Assembly (NCBI RefSeq): GCF_001194135.2
Contig: NC_068986.1
Span: 29,951,666-30,015,665, forward strand
Source of the DNA: Octopus bimaculoides
Lineage: Eukaryota
Reading direction: 5' to 3'
Length of the DNA: 64,000 nt
The translations under genes and the position numbers were made by a program. Shown here one piece after another: positions 35,566-49,075 of this stretch (its first letter is position 1; the number at the start of each line of letters is the position of its first letter). Below the pieces are notes generated by a model. That model was given only the letters and a program-made list of their open reading frames with translations, ran no database searches and was not told where the DNA came from.

Positions 35566-38500
35566 TATCTATATAGTCAAAATTCAAAATTACAAACTTT
35601 TTTTTTTTCAATAATCTTCATTTTTCCTTGTAACTGTCTTCATCATCACCACTTTCCTCCATGCATTCAAATGGCAGATAAGGACCCTTATGATTGATAG
35701 TAGTTATGCTAATGACTTAATGACAGTTACCTGTTCACCTGTGATAGCCGTAAGAACAGCCAGTGACAGCGACACAAATGATAATCATATTTACAACAAC
35801 TACAACTACAAGGAGAATGATCCTAACATCTGCCACATTTGCTTGAAAATGCTGTACTGCTACAACTGATACTAAAAGCCTACCACTGTTGTTACTACCA
35901 CAGCTTACAACTATCTTAGCTGCTACTGCTATTATTGCTACTGCTACTTGTTAGAGGCTTTCCTGTCACTTGCACAGTGATGGCTGCTGCCTGCTCTAGT
36001 ATTTGAAACAGGTTAAGGTACACATTTCTTTCCTCCTCATTTTTTCTGCTGTGCTACAGGTCCTTCGCAGACAACACAGACCTGTCATGGCAGCGGCACT
36101 ATAGTCACTGTCTTATCTCCAGCCTTCAACATCTTTCTTTACAACACCCTTCCTCCTTTTCCTTCTCCTCTTTCCTCTCTTGCTCTTACCTCCTCTCTCT
36201 TTCTTTGCCCCTCTCTCTCGTTGTCTTTCAGAAGTCTGATGCTGGCTGTATGGTTAATTAAACCAAGTCAATGATTAAACAGTAGGCCACAGGCAGGCAT
36301 GCACGTATGTTTCACTGTGTACTGACTAGGTTGCTGTGTGTGGATACATGCTTCTGTTTCCCAAATAACTCAGCATATGTGTGCACTCTACTCTACACCC
36401 CCTTTAGCAGCAGCCACACCATCCTTGAGGAAAGACCTGGCAGTTTTACCTTATCGCAGACAGGTAGAGGAAGCAACTATCAGCTATTGCAATAACAAAC
36501 AAACAGCTACAAGTCATACAGTTTATCAAATCCAAATGCTAAACTTTATCCAAAAGAGCAGCACAAATAACAACATACAAAGGATATTGAAATATTAAAA
36601 ATCATAGATAAATAGACAAATAGATAGATATATCTATTGTAAAGTATTTTAGACCTAAGAAGAAAACTTTATTGTGCAGGAATATCTATGTAGTTGCTTG
36701 TATGCATTAACATCCACAGATTAGTATTCTGGTCATCATATTTGAAATATACAATTTATCTTCAAGAAATTTTCAAAATCACAAAGTGTAAATCAGGTAA
36801 GACATATTTCAATGCTTTCCTCTCATTTTTTAATTATTTTCCCCTGTTTATTGTTTTTCTTTCTTTTATCTTTCACTCACTCACTCATTCACTCTCACTC
36901 TATCTCTTCTCCTGCTTTCTTTCCAGTATCTTTCCTCAACAGATATGTCTATTCTTCTATCTCTGTTTATCAATTTCTCGATACACATGATAGATTCCTT
37001 ACTGGAATATCTAAGCTGTCTTTCCAAGTATGTTATTGTTGTATATAATAATAACTGGAAATTTCTAACAATCATTTTATTTCATTTCATTTCATTTCAT
37101 TCATTTATTAGTATATTGCATTGTTCCTGAATTCTTGTGAGTAAAAAAAGTAATCGAAAGAAAATCAAGCCTGGACAGACAAAATCAGTAGCTTTCTTCT
37201 TTGTGGTACTTTCTTGGTTATTTATCTGAAACAATGCCTTATTCTATCCCTTCCTCTGTGTTTCTTTCTTATTTGTTTGTGATAATGTGTTAAGATTTTA
37301 ATAGAAGGAGCAGATGGGATGGGAAGAAAGATATAATAGAAGGATAAAAAAACAAGGACAATATTGATCACCTTATTGATTTATACTTATTTTTTTATTT
37401 CATTTGTAAAAAAGAAATTCAATATTTTCAGCATAAAAACACCTATCTGCTTACAGCGACCCTCTTATATAATCAGTTTTCATTTTTGAAAATTAAATGA
37501 TGTTTGTGCATGTGTGTGTGTGTACATGTGTGTGTGTGTATATGTGTGCATGTGTGTGCGTGTGTGCATGTGTACATATGTGTGTGTGTGTGCATATGTG
37601 TGCGTGTATGCATACATACGAGAAGGAGAGAGAAAATAAATAAAAATGTGACTCGTAAAATTTGTCATCTGATTCAGTCTGTCTTATCATCCATCAACAA
37701 TCAGTCTTTCCTCAATATCTTGTCTTTTATTCTTCCCTTTTAACCTCTCTCTCTTTCTTTCTCTCTCAATCTCTCTATCTCTCCATATATCTCTCTCCTT
37801 TTTTGCTTTTTTTATCAATGCCATCTGTGCAGTTGACTTTCTATACAATAGAATATATTTTTATATTTGAATACATTTTATTTGACATTATATGCAAGTT
37901 CAAAGTGCATCTGTGCAACAAATGCTATGTTGCATTCTGTTACGTGCATGCTGTTTTAAGCTCATCACACCATAATATTACTTTAAAACAGCCAACCTTT
38001 ATAGATTTAAACAATGCAATTTTCTTGACTGTGAATGTAGGCGTATGCAAGTATATATTCATGTATAGATCTAACAGTCTATCTGTGCTTCTGGTTGTAA
38101 CCATATGACTATTGACATGGTTAGCGGGTGTGGTCTTGGTCTATTCGTCTCAGTCATCTTCACACACTCTAGCATTACCTTTCCTCGAAGACACGTCAAT
38201 TACAACACTGCAAAGCCATGTGTTTGTTCGGTAGCTTCTAGATGTTTTTTAATCAATAACTGCTGACTTTTAAATTCAATTTCATCTCATAGCCTAAAAT
38301 TTCCTTATAAAATGAGTTGTTATTAACTAGAAAATTTATTAATATTAAATTGCAACAGCATCTTTTCAATGTAGTTAATTAATTAACCAATCAAAACTAG
38401 AGTGTTTAGAAGAGTAGCAGTCTCACCTAATGATCATTTTAATTAACACCTACCCATCTACCTTTTCTTTTATATGCTCGTGTGTGTGAGATAATTTTTA

Positions 38501-38809
38501 TTTCATATCATATTTGTCACCATAACCAAGAGGTAAAGTGAGAGAGCAATGGATTGCCAAAATCATCAGAGCATCTGATAATGTCGTGCAGTTATAACCC
38601 TCTGTGTTCTGAAATCAATTCTCTCTAAAATCAGTTTTGCTTTTCATACCTTTGTGTGTGTGTGTGTGTGTGTGCGTGGGTGGGTGCGTGTGTGGGAGCA
38701 ATGGAATAAAGTAATGGTCAAGTATTAGGGGTCATTTGAATTGATTTTACTTTCACCTAAAATTTATGGCCTTGTACCAAGTTTTCAAATCAATAATACG
38801 TTTAGTAGA

Positions 38810-39130
38810 AGGGAATCAGTAGAATGACAGACAAAACGGTGATAGTTTGGCAGAATTGGTGGAAGACAGTGGTAGACTAGCAGAATTGGTGGAGCAACAG
38901 ACAAAATGATGGTGCATTGGTAGAATTAGTAAAATGATAAATAAAATACTTTCCACTGTTTAGTTATATCCTTTCACACTCTGAGTTCAAATCCTGCCAA
39001 AGTTTACTTTGCCTTTCATCCTGCTGGGTTATATAAAAAGACATACCACCCGAAGTACTGGGGTTGACATAATCAACTACTGCCTTGTCTCCTCCTCATA
39101 AATTTGTGGCCTTGTACTTATGTTAGAAAT
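38810..39130 (+). mobile_element. SINE family D variant with reiterated head
   Basis: Several ggcagaattgg-like heads, then gagttcaaatcc and gcctttcatcc...gtactggggttga. Confidence 0.65.
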
Positions 39131-39232
39131 TAATATCATATTTATCAGAATATGTATCCAAAGTGGTGGTCTTGTAATAGATACAAGACCCTTCCAAATA
39201 CTGACAGTAGAATGCAGAAACTTTACTGTATG

Positions 39233-39237
39233 TGTAT

Positions 39238-39292
<55 letters not shown>

Positions 39293-39645
39293 TGCATGCA
39301 TGTACACACACACAAATGCATGCATGCACACACACATGCATGCACACACACACACACACACAAATGCATGCATGCAAACACTCACACACACAACCACACA
39401 CACACACACACACAAATGTGTGCATGCACACATACACACACACATGCACACATGCAAACACTCACACACACACACACACATACAACCACACACACACACA
39501 CACACACACAAATGTGTGCATGCACACACACATACATACAGGCACACACACAATGCATGCATGCACACACATACACATATATGCAAACGCACGCACACAC
39601 GCACGCACATACGCACACAACCACACACACACACACACACACACG
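39233..39645. repeat. Compound (CA)n/CATG satellite-like tract
   Basis: Source of the HT/CV-rich spurious ORFs. Confidence 0.95.
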
Positions 39646-40927
39646 CATTAGTAATAATAAATATAACTCAAAAGAGTACTGTTGGTATTTTTGCTGTTGT
39701 TTTAGGCTTTGGTGTGATTTGAAACCAAACTGGTCTGCGTTTCATTTAAAGTTGACGTTTTTTGTTTAACCTAAGATCAACCCTAATTGAACAGGTGTAT
39801 ATTTTAAAACATTCCATCTTAACCATCCTGGGTTTTTTTTTGTTTTTCTTTTCTGTTAAACATAATGTGTCTAGAACTTCTTTATCCAACATCCTGTTTT
39901 TTTTTTCTTTTGGTAATATAAAAAGTGATTCAAGGAAGATTTTGTTGCAATTTCTAGCAAGATGAGTGACTACATAGCAGTTTTCTTGTTGATTCTTCAT
40001 TTAGAGTTGACATAGCTGGTTTACTCTTAATTCACTTTGAATCAATGGCTTTCCCTTATGAAAATAGCCTTTACATAATCAAACAAATATGTTGAATCTA
40101 ATAATTGGATTAATTAAGAGCTAATGTCATTAGGTTACACTTATCTTATATTGAAGTTATAACCTCTTATCCAATCACCAGTATTGATTTCGAGCATAGG
40201 CACAAGGACTCAGGTCTGGATAATGGATACAGTTGATTATGTTTACCCCAGTACTTGACTGGTATCTTATTCTATTGAATCTGAAAGGAAGAAAGGCAAG
40301 GCTGACTTCAACAGAATTTGAACTCGGACTATGAACGACTGTTATTTTATCTTATTGATTCTTGAAGGATTAAAGGCAAAGTTGATTTTGGTGGAATTTT
40401 AACTCAGAGCATAAAAGTACCCTAACTAAACACTGAGTAGGTAACCTTGCGAAGGGCTGGTCTACAAGGGTGAGATGGTGACTCAGGGATATCACCCAAA
40501 TGGCGTTTTGCAAACTACATTTTGTATTCAGCAATCAAAAGGATGAATTGTATTGTAAATCCTTACTGGTTGGAATTGGTTGTTCATTCATGTGGAAAGT
40601 CATCATCAGTGATTCTACCAATCCCCAACTTTTAACCAAAGTATAGAAGAGTTACTGCTTCAAAAACCCAGGTACATAGAATAGCTAAGTTCTCAAAATT
40701 ATCAACATTTATGGAGCACAGCCTAGACATTCAACATAGTATTACATTGTATCCTTGAGCAAGAGGTGTGACTTTTTTTGCAATAATTCATTTAGTTGAA
40801 AATAACTGCGAAGTTAACATTAAAAATTTATATTTTAAAATGCTTCCTTCCAATAATTTTTATTAAAAAAATTGATTTTTGTAAAAATTATTCAACATTG
40901 TTGTATGATTATGCAGAAATGCAGTCA

Positions 40928-40966
<39 letters not shown>

Positions 40967-42047
40967 AAAAAGGAAAAAGAAATATTAGAAATAAGGTATA
41001 GTCTGAAAATGCTTCCTTAAAAGAAATGGTAAATGAAACCAAGTTGATAAACAGCATCATATAGATTTGCAAAACCCAAGCAGATATGGATAGAATGTTG
41101 TAAATTTGCCATTAACTGTGATTTGCTCTGAATAAAACAGCAGATTGACAGTGTCATTAAAGTATGAGACAGAATGTCTTTTGGAATTTGTTCTAGCTCT
41201 CTGTACTCAGAGTTCAGAACCTGCTAGGATCAACTTTTTATCTAATCATTTTAGGGTTGATAACTAAAATACTGGCACAGTATTGGAATCCATTTTTCTA
41301 TTTCTTTTTTGTCTCTGGAAGAAATCGGCTGGGATCAAGTTTAGATGTTGTAAATTGTGATGACACTTCTTTAATGCCATCAGGAGTCGAGAATTCAAGA
41401 CAAGGATGAGACACTGGATGAGATACTGACCATCACCCTTCTCTGTTATCAGGCAGCAGTTATGAGCTAATTCCTCAGTCTCTGTTTTAGTCACTTGACT
41501 TGCTAGAAATAACATTGAAATTTTCTCAAATATTTCACTATTGTATTAGAGAAAAAGGAAAAAAAAAGTGGTAGGGACAGTCATACCAGATACATGTTTG
41601 ATCATAAGTATACTCAATCAAAGCTGACATTGGGTTAGAAAACAATTATATCAGGTAGCACAGAAAGTTAAAAAGGGCATGGATGGACAAGTAGGATGGA
41701 AAAAGAAAAAAAAAACAGTATGGTATCCAGGTGGTGATGGGCATATTCTGTTTTCAGAACTGTGTTACTTCATTAATCAACTACTAATTACTCAAATGAC
41801 TATGTCCTTGAAAAAGACATAGTAACAACACCAAGGAATGGATAGGAAAGAAGATGACTGAAAACATGATATTGGGGAAGATGGGTAAATAAAGGTTTGT
41901 GTCTTTCTATGTGCATCCATACATGTACACTTCTCTAAGATAAGGATTTTAACAATGATAAATGTTAATGTTATTACTTTAAGGAAAACATTGCATCAGT
42001 TTCTCTAACAGCATCTACATACAGTACAGTAATATTTCACCACTTAA

Positions 42048-42478
42048 GAAGGTGGTGAGCTGGCAGGATTATTAGCATGCCAGGCAAAATGATTAGAGAC
42101 ATTTTGTCTGTCCTTATGTTCTGAGTCCAAATTCTGACGAGGTTTCTAAGGATAGGTAAGATGTGAGATTTCTGGAAAGCCATGTTGTGTCCAAGTACAC
42201 ATAAAAATCACATGTGCCAGTGTCACACAGGTAACACCCATGTTTGTGCCACATATAAAGTACCCATGCTGGTGCCACATAAAAGGTACCCATGTTGGCG
42301 TCATGTGAAAAGCACCCAGCACACTCTGTATAGTAGTTGGCATTAGGAAGGACATCTATCCATAGAAACCATGCCAAAACAGACAACTAGTGCCTGGTGC
42401 AGCTCTCTGGCTTGCCAGCTCCAATCAAACCATCCGACTCATGCCAGCATGGAAAACAGATGTTAAATGATGATGATA

Positions 42479-42544
<66 letters not shown>

Positions 42545-42550
42545 GTGATG
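42048..42550 (+). mobile_element. SINE D head (42048-42145) followed by a family A element with long (GAT)n tail
   Basis: ggtggtgagctggcagg head; A tail catggaaaacagatgttaaatgatgat... Confidence 0.75.
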
Positions 42551-42789
42551 AATTTTAAACCTTTTACATTACAAATGTGACCAGTTGTTGGCTGCAGAAG
42601 CTGGAAAACTAGAAATAACTTTGTTGACATAACATATGTTTGTGTAGATGTGTTATTTTATAGATTTTATGGATGTACCAGCATGCCTGCAGACTGTCAT
42701 AACAGAGTTGGTGCCAACACCCATTTCAGCTTGCTTTCTCGAGATTAGAAAATTCTAAATTTCTAAATTTATTTATCTTGACTGTTGTT

Positions 42790-42990
42790 GCTATTGTTGT
42801 TGAACCCCAGTTTAGCCTTGATTGATCCAACTTATGATCAAATTCATTCCAATCATGGCCATCATGTCTTTTTCTATTGATAGTGAATATCCAGATCCAC
42901 ATTATGCAACATATCATTTTATGTTAACATGAAAGCATTTGACATGAGGGAAGTTTAGCTGCTATTTCTAGCAACTTGAACAGAGGCTCC
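42790..42990 (-). mobile_element. Family F element
   Basis: (TTG)n start; gctgctatttctagca...agaggctccc end. Confidence 0.65.
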
Positions 42991-43012
42991 CACTTTATAT
43001 GATTTTTATATA

Positions 43013-43043
43013 TTGGGTTGGTGCATAATTATCGTGGCTTTTT
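43013..43043 (+). mobile_element. Solitary mariner-type TIR
   Basis: TA-TTGGGTTGGTGCATAATTATCGTGGCTTTT resembles mariner TIRs; no partner seen. Confidence 0.5.
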
Positions 43044-43692
43044 CTTTACATATCTTAGTGTTGTATGTAGAAAATACAGTGTATAATATATCCTGTTCTG
43101 TGATTGTGTAGAAGGATATCTCATAAGATATAAGTTTCTCAAATGTAATCATCTGAACATGTAAGATTACAGAAACACATTGGATAGTTTGTATTACTGT
43201 TAGATGTTTTGTTTGTGACAGTGTTGTGTGTGTGCATGGTATGTAAGTAGTTGTTATAGTTCGTTCTTATAATGGTATAATGATAACTGAGTTTGTCCCT
43301 GATTTTTCACACAAAGCACTCTTTAATAGTGTCTCTGAGAAACCCTTAATAGCTAAAATGTATTTAATTTTTGTAAAGAAAAGACAAGTTATTACCAAAA
43401 TACAACTGTGTGTGTGTGTGTGAGAGAAAGGTCTTGCTTTCCCAAACATAAAGAAAGGCATTCAATTCTGCTTTCTGGTTACAGAGCTAAAACAAATGAA
43501 TATCTATGTTTATAGGTCATTAATTAATCACCTCTAATTTGTCTACAAAGGACAGATATCTATTTTCAATTAGATAAACCAGTGCAGGTAAGATGAACTA
43601 GATGCCAACAGATACAATGAAACATCAAGAAGGGGACAAAAATTCATGACCTGTGAATTGGTTCCCCATGGTCACCTTTCTTGGTTTTGTAT

Positions 43693-43846
43693 CTAGGCAT
43701 GGCTGTGTGTTAAGAAGTTTGCTTCCCAATGACATGGTTCTGGGTTCAGCCTCTTCTACTACAGCTTTGGGCTGAACAAAGCCTTGTGAGGGGATTTGGT
43801 GGACGGAAATCGAAAGAACCCCATCATATATATGTGTGTGTGTATA

Positions 43847-43882
<36 letters not shown>

Positions 43883-44112
43883 TGTTTGTGGGTGTATCTT
43901 TGTACCTGTGTTCATCTGCCACCATCACTTAACAACTGGTGTTGGTACGTTTATGTCCCTGTAATTTAACAGTTCAGCAAAAGAGACTGTCAGTATAAGT
44001 ACCAGGCTTTAAAGAATAAGTACTGGGGTCGATTGTTTTGACCGAAATTCTTCAAGGCGGTGCCCCAGCATGGCTGTAAACTAATGACTGAAACAAGTAA
44101 TCGATAAAAAGA
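43693..44112 (+). mobile_element. SINE family B variant, full length
   Basis: Head, (TG)n middle and aaggcggtgccccagcatggc tail. Confidence 0.85.
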
Positions 44113-44165
44113 TATATGCAAGCACATGCCCAGGGACTGCCTACCCATCTTGTTTTTATTTACAA

Positions 44166-45116
44166 CTAGCAGAGGCACCCGGCGTTGCTCGGGAATGAAA
44201 TTGTTGCTTATATACTTGAAGAAAAGGTAAAATATGCTGTATAGAAATTTGAGGACATTCTGTAGATGGACTCTCAGATGAATGACGGCTGGGCGCCTCT
44301 CATGAATGGGGAAAATTGAAGATGTGCCAAAAAGCCTCATTGGTACTTGGAAACTTTTACGAAAATTAAAATGGGGATCGTTGCCAGTGCCCCTGGACTG
44401 GCTCTTGTGCTGGTGGCACATAAAATACACCATTTCGAGCGTGGCCGTTGCCAGTACCGCCTGACTGGCCTTCGTGCGGGTGACACGTAAAAGCACCCAC
44501 TACACTCTNNNNNNNNNNNNNNNNNNNNNNNNNNNNNNNNNNNNNNNNNNNNNNNNNNNNNNNNNNNNNNNNNNNNNNNNNNNNNNNNNNNNNNNNNNNN
44601 NNNNNNNNNNNNNNNNNNNNNNNNNNNNNNNNNNNNNNNNNNNNNNNNNNNNNNNNNNNNNNNNNNNNNNNNNNNNNNNNNNNNNNNNNNNNNNNNNNNN
44701 NNNNNNNNNNNNNNNNNNNNNNNNNNNNNNNNNNNNNNNNNNNNNNNNNNNNNNNNNNNNNNNNNNNNNNNNNNNNNNNNNNNNNNNNNNNNNNNNNNNN
44801 NNNNNNNNNNNNNNNNNNNNNNNNNNNNNNNNNNNNNNNNNNNNNNNNNNNNNNNNNNNNNNNNNNNNNNNNNNNNNNNNNNNNNNNNNNNNNNNNNNNN
44901 NNNNNNNNNNNNNNNNNNNNNNNNNNNNNNNNNNNNNNNNNNNNNNNNNNNNNNNNNNNNNNNNTTATTTATTTTTAATTAAAAAAATCAAATGAAGAGC
45001 CTAAGATTTATCCGAGGTCAAATTATTCATGCATTACAAGTATGGAAGCATTTGGTGAAGTCGATTTCACGTGAAAAGCGATTACACACACATCTCTGTT
45101 TTATATATGGTATAGA
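44166..45116 (-). mobile_element. Non-autonomous Helitron
   Basis: Minus strand 5' A|TC at 45117/45116; 3' CTAG|T at 44169-44165; GC hairpin CCCGAGC-AAC-GCCGGG (44178-44193) 8 nt before CTAG; no TSD. Confidence 0.8.
44366..44508 (+). mobile_element. Family A element nested in the Helitron, running into a gap
   Basis: Near-identical to 61020-61150. Confidence 0.85.
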
Positions 45117-45127
45117 TATCTTCGTAG

Positions 45128-45441
45128 AGAAGGTGGAAAGCTGGCAGAAACGTTAGCACACTGGGTGAAATGCTTAGCAGCATTTCATCTGTCTTTACAT
45201 TCTGAGTTCAAATTCTGCTGAGATCAATTTTTCCTTTCCTTTCGGGGTGAATAAATTAAGTACCAGTCGTGTACTGGGGTCAATCTAATCAATGGGCCAT
45301 CCCCACCCCCCTGCCGGAGCCTCCTGAAGCTTTAGGTGTTTTCACTCAATAAACACACACAATGCCCAGTCTGGGAATCGAAACCGTGAGCCTCTGACCA
45401 CGAGTCCGCTGCCCTAACCGCTGGGCCATTGCACCTCCACA
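45128..45441. mobile_element. SINE D (+, 45128-45300) abutting SINE C 5' part (-, 45305-45441)
   Basis: Homology to 31754-31991 and, reverse-complemented, 32201-32335. Confidence 0.85.
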
Positions 45442-46859
45442 CAACAAGGACTAATTACGAAACCTCTTTTGAGATAAAAGTAAACAATAATCGAAGGGTT
45501 TTGCACAAGTTCAGAAAATGATGGAGTTTCAAAGAAATTGGCCAATGTACACAGGAAATACAAGTGTAGAGATATTATCAATTACTTATTAACAGGTAAT
45601 ATAGTTGGATATCACCATCACTGCCACTAGCACTGACCCTTCATCACCACTCCACTACCTCCACCACTGAGCCAGCAATAGGTTTATAGCTTTATCTTTG
45701 AAACTTATGTATACACATCGATGAAGAAGAAACTTACTGCTGTGGACAAATGTCAAGAACTATTGACTCACCACCATGCATGTGACATTTGAAGTGTAGT
45801 CACTATTTCAGTTACACAAAAACACTAAAATAAAAATACTTGGTTTTGTGAATATCATGAAAGGAAGCAGCTCTATTTATTTATACTTCTTTTTTCTCCA
45901 AGCTGAAAATCTGTTGGCGTTGGCAGTTGCAAACTTAAGTGTAATAATCTCTGCTTATTTCATACTAACTTTAGCCAGCTTCTTTACCAGATTTCTGCTT
46001 CCCACTGCTTTACCTGGGTAGATTTATTATTTAAAATATCACAAGTTCCTCCCCATTCTTACACGAAACACACATGCTACAGAATAGTGTAAACTTAAAA
46101 CTAACACCACCTCTACCTTCTCAATCACAGAGTATAAGGGGGAAAATAATACATGAACAAAGAAACTTAAATACAGAATGCTTTAATGCCATTCAGTATT
46201 TAACAATGTCAATTTAGGTCCCTCTAATTACTGACAAGCTTTCATTACCAGCCTGCCCAATAAAATATCCAACCAAACATCAGTGTTGACCACAAGTATG
46301 TTATTTTCAGCTATACATGCTCTGCCATGAGAAAAACATAGCTTTAGAAATGTAACATTCGTGTTTACCTCAGTATTTCAGCAGGTATTTTAGCAGGGTC
46401 TTATGTATCAAATCTATCCTCTCCCCTACTCAAGTTCTATTATTAGAACAATTTTCTGTTATTGTTCTTTATTTTCTTATTTCTTTCTCTTTCTTTGTTC
46501 ATTCCCTTGTCTTTTTTATGAACTAATTACTTGAAATTCTTGTACAGTGACAGACACAACACATTCAATTGACATGTTTTATTTTTCACCATTCAGCTTA
46601 AAATTAGACAAAAATAATAATCTTTTGATTAAAAACAAATCTCTTGTCAATGAATGTCATTTTGACAAAACCTAAATTTACATAAAATGGAAATTTTTTT
46701 ATTCTCTCCTTTTCTAATACTTTTACCATAATAATAATACTATTTTTTTGATATGGTAAAGTCTTTTTTAGCTAACCATTTTCATAGCAGGATGGGGTTG
46801 TTGATCATCATGGAAAGAACTCACAAAATATTTGCTTGAAACATTCATGAAAATATTTG

Positions 46860-47253
46860 TGCAGTAAGAAGCTTGCTTCCCAGCCACACGGTTCCAGGTT
46901 CAGTCCCACTGTGTGGCACCTTGGTCAAGTGTCTTCTACTATAGCCTCAGGCTGACCAAAGCCTTGTGAGTGGATTTGGTAGACAGAAACTGAAAGAAGC
47001 CCATCGTATATATGTATATATATATATGTGTGTGTGTGTGTTTGTGGGTCTGTGTTTGTCCCCCCCCCCCAACATCGCTTGACAACCGATGCTGGTGTGT
47101 TTACGTCTCTGTAACTTAGCGGTTCAGCAAAAGAAACCAATTGAATAAGTACTAGGCTTACAAAGAGGTCGATTTGCTCGACTAAAGGCAGTGCTCCAGC
47201 ATGGCTGCAGTCAAATGACTAAAACAAGTAAAAGAGTAAAACAGTAAAAAGAG
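46860..47253 (+). mobile_element. SINE family B, near full length
   Basis: Colinear with 29525-29935. Confidence 0.9.
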
Positions 47254-47839
47254 TACATGAATTGAAGTTATTTATATCAGGAATCAAAGCAAAACTGTAG
47301 ATTTTATTTGATGAGAAATTAAGAATATTTTACCAAAACAAAGACAATAAAAAGAATAACACATAAATTATTGTTTCTTTACCTCTATAAGACTTTTTTC
47401 TTTTTTTTTTTTTCCTTGGCAGTTGCTTAGCTCCCAACATATGTCTTGTCGATTGACAGGGAGCAAATAAAAAGGTCAAATGTTTGACAACTTATATTTA
47501 ATTAATTGTGATGTAAATTTATGTGTTTAGCAAACCAAACATACAATTTAGTTTTTATTTAAAGATATATCATTGCTATTATGCAAAAGTGTCATAAGTC
47601 CAATAAGTTGCTTTTTCAGAAAATGATAAAATAGTTTCACCATTCCATAGCAAAACCATTGTACTGGATTTTGACAATTTTTGATATCTTGGCATCTGAA
47701 GCTGCTGGAGATATGATAGTTTGACCAAAGAACTGGCTATTTCAAGCAAAAATAAATATTGAAAAAAACACATTTTGCTAAATTTGGACATACAACAATT
47801 TAATATAATAGCAACAAATTTATTTTACTTCTGAAAGTG

Positions 47840-48101
47840 CATGACTCAACAGTTAGAGCATTGGGCTCACAACCATGAGGTAGTGAGTTCAATTCCCAGA
47901 CTGTGCTGTGTGTTGTGTTCTTGAGCAAAACACTTAATTTCACATTGCTCCAGTTCACTCAGCTGTAGAAAGAGGTGCGACATCACTATTGCCAAGATGT
48001 ATCCCCATGCCACCGATGTTATCCCTTGGATAATATACCTCAACAAATTTTCTCTGGCCCATTCAAGCATGGAAAAGTAGATATTAAAACGATAATGATA
48101 A
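47840..48101 (+). mobile_element. SINE family E head and body with A-like tail
   Basis: E body as in 4717-4880, then caagcatggaaaagtagatattaaaacgataatgat. Confidence 0.7.
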
Positions 48102-48299
48102 TGGTCTGTAAATGCCCTGAGCAAATGATGTGCACATAAAATATCACATCTCTGTTCATTTACAAACCTGTGAATTGTTTATACAAAAAGCAAAAATCCA
48201 GTATTTATTTTATTTGCTTCTTTTTACATAGAGTCAAAAAAACTTACTTTACTAGCCTCAGCAAATTTTAATTTCAAATCTTGGAAGGTAGGCCTAAAA

Positions 48300-48522
48300 C
48301 ACCATTCAGTTCAAAGGAGGCTTCTAAGCATTTGTTTAATCTATTAGAAATAGTCAAATTCTCCTTCGCTCACAGCTAGCTTACCATCTTAAACAAGGAA
48401 TGACACATTGGGTAGTGTAGTTCTAAGTCATCTGAAAATAAGATGGGATGGTCACAGCTAGTAAACAGCTAATCTTAAGTCTACTTGATCAGGGCAGACC
48501 AGGAGCCAAACAGCAACAACCA
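48300..48522 (+). mobile_element. Family F element with (CAA)n tail
   Basis: tagaaatag...taccatctt...gatgggatggtcacagct...gatcagggcagacc. Confidence 0.6.
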
Positions 48523-48799
48523 CAATATAATTTGGCACCTTGAACACCTTCAGCAGAATTCACTTCAGTGCAAGCATACTTCCCACTTTTTTTTTTGTTT
48601 GTCTTCACCATAGCTTTTTCTATAGATATCAGCATTTTCTGGCAGGACATCAGCTGCATCACTCACACCAGTTTGGTAGAATCTGTAAAGGTTATGATAT
48701 TGCTCGTCTTCTGTTGAGTAACGTATTAAAAATGCTTATCAGCAGAAACACCATCTTTTAAACATTGTTTCTTTTTTCATTATTTACTCTTTCTATCTT

Positions 48800-49075
48800 C
48801 ACTTGTGGGTTAGTGGTTGAGGTGTTGGACTCACGATCATAAGATTATGGTTTCAATTCCTCAGCTGGGTGGTGCATTGTTTCTTGAGCAAAGCACTTCA
48901 TTTCTCATTGCTCCAGTCCACTCAGCTAGTAAAAGTGAGTAGTCCTGTGACAGACTGGCATCCCATCCAGGAGTGTGTGTATGTGCGGGAGTATATACAC
49001 GATAAAAACCAGGAAATCAATGCTATGAGTCTATGAGTCTACATGACCCAGAAAGGACCTTTCTCCTTTTTTTTT
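48800..49075 (+). mobile_element. SINE E variant (E2)
   Basis: tRNA-like head and gactggcatcccatccag domain shared with 56872-57128. Confidence 0.65.

Noticed and set aside
39077-39769. Long His/Thr- or Cys/Val-rich ORFs
   Set aside because: Translations of (CA)n tracts. Similar artefacts occur at 25303-25799, 32828-33120, 35223-35561 and 37480-37743.
41264-41515. Possible 72-bp minus-strand exon (TTTCTAG|...GATG|GTCAGT)
   Set aside because: The acceptor region matches the family F repeat motif (ctatttctagca) and the peptide is unrecognisable.
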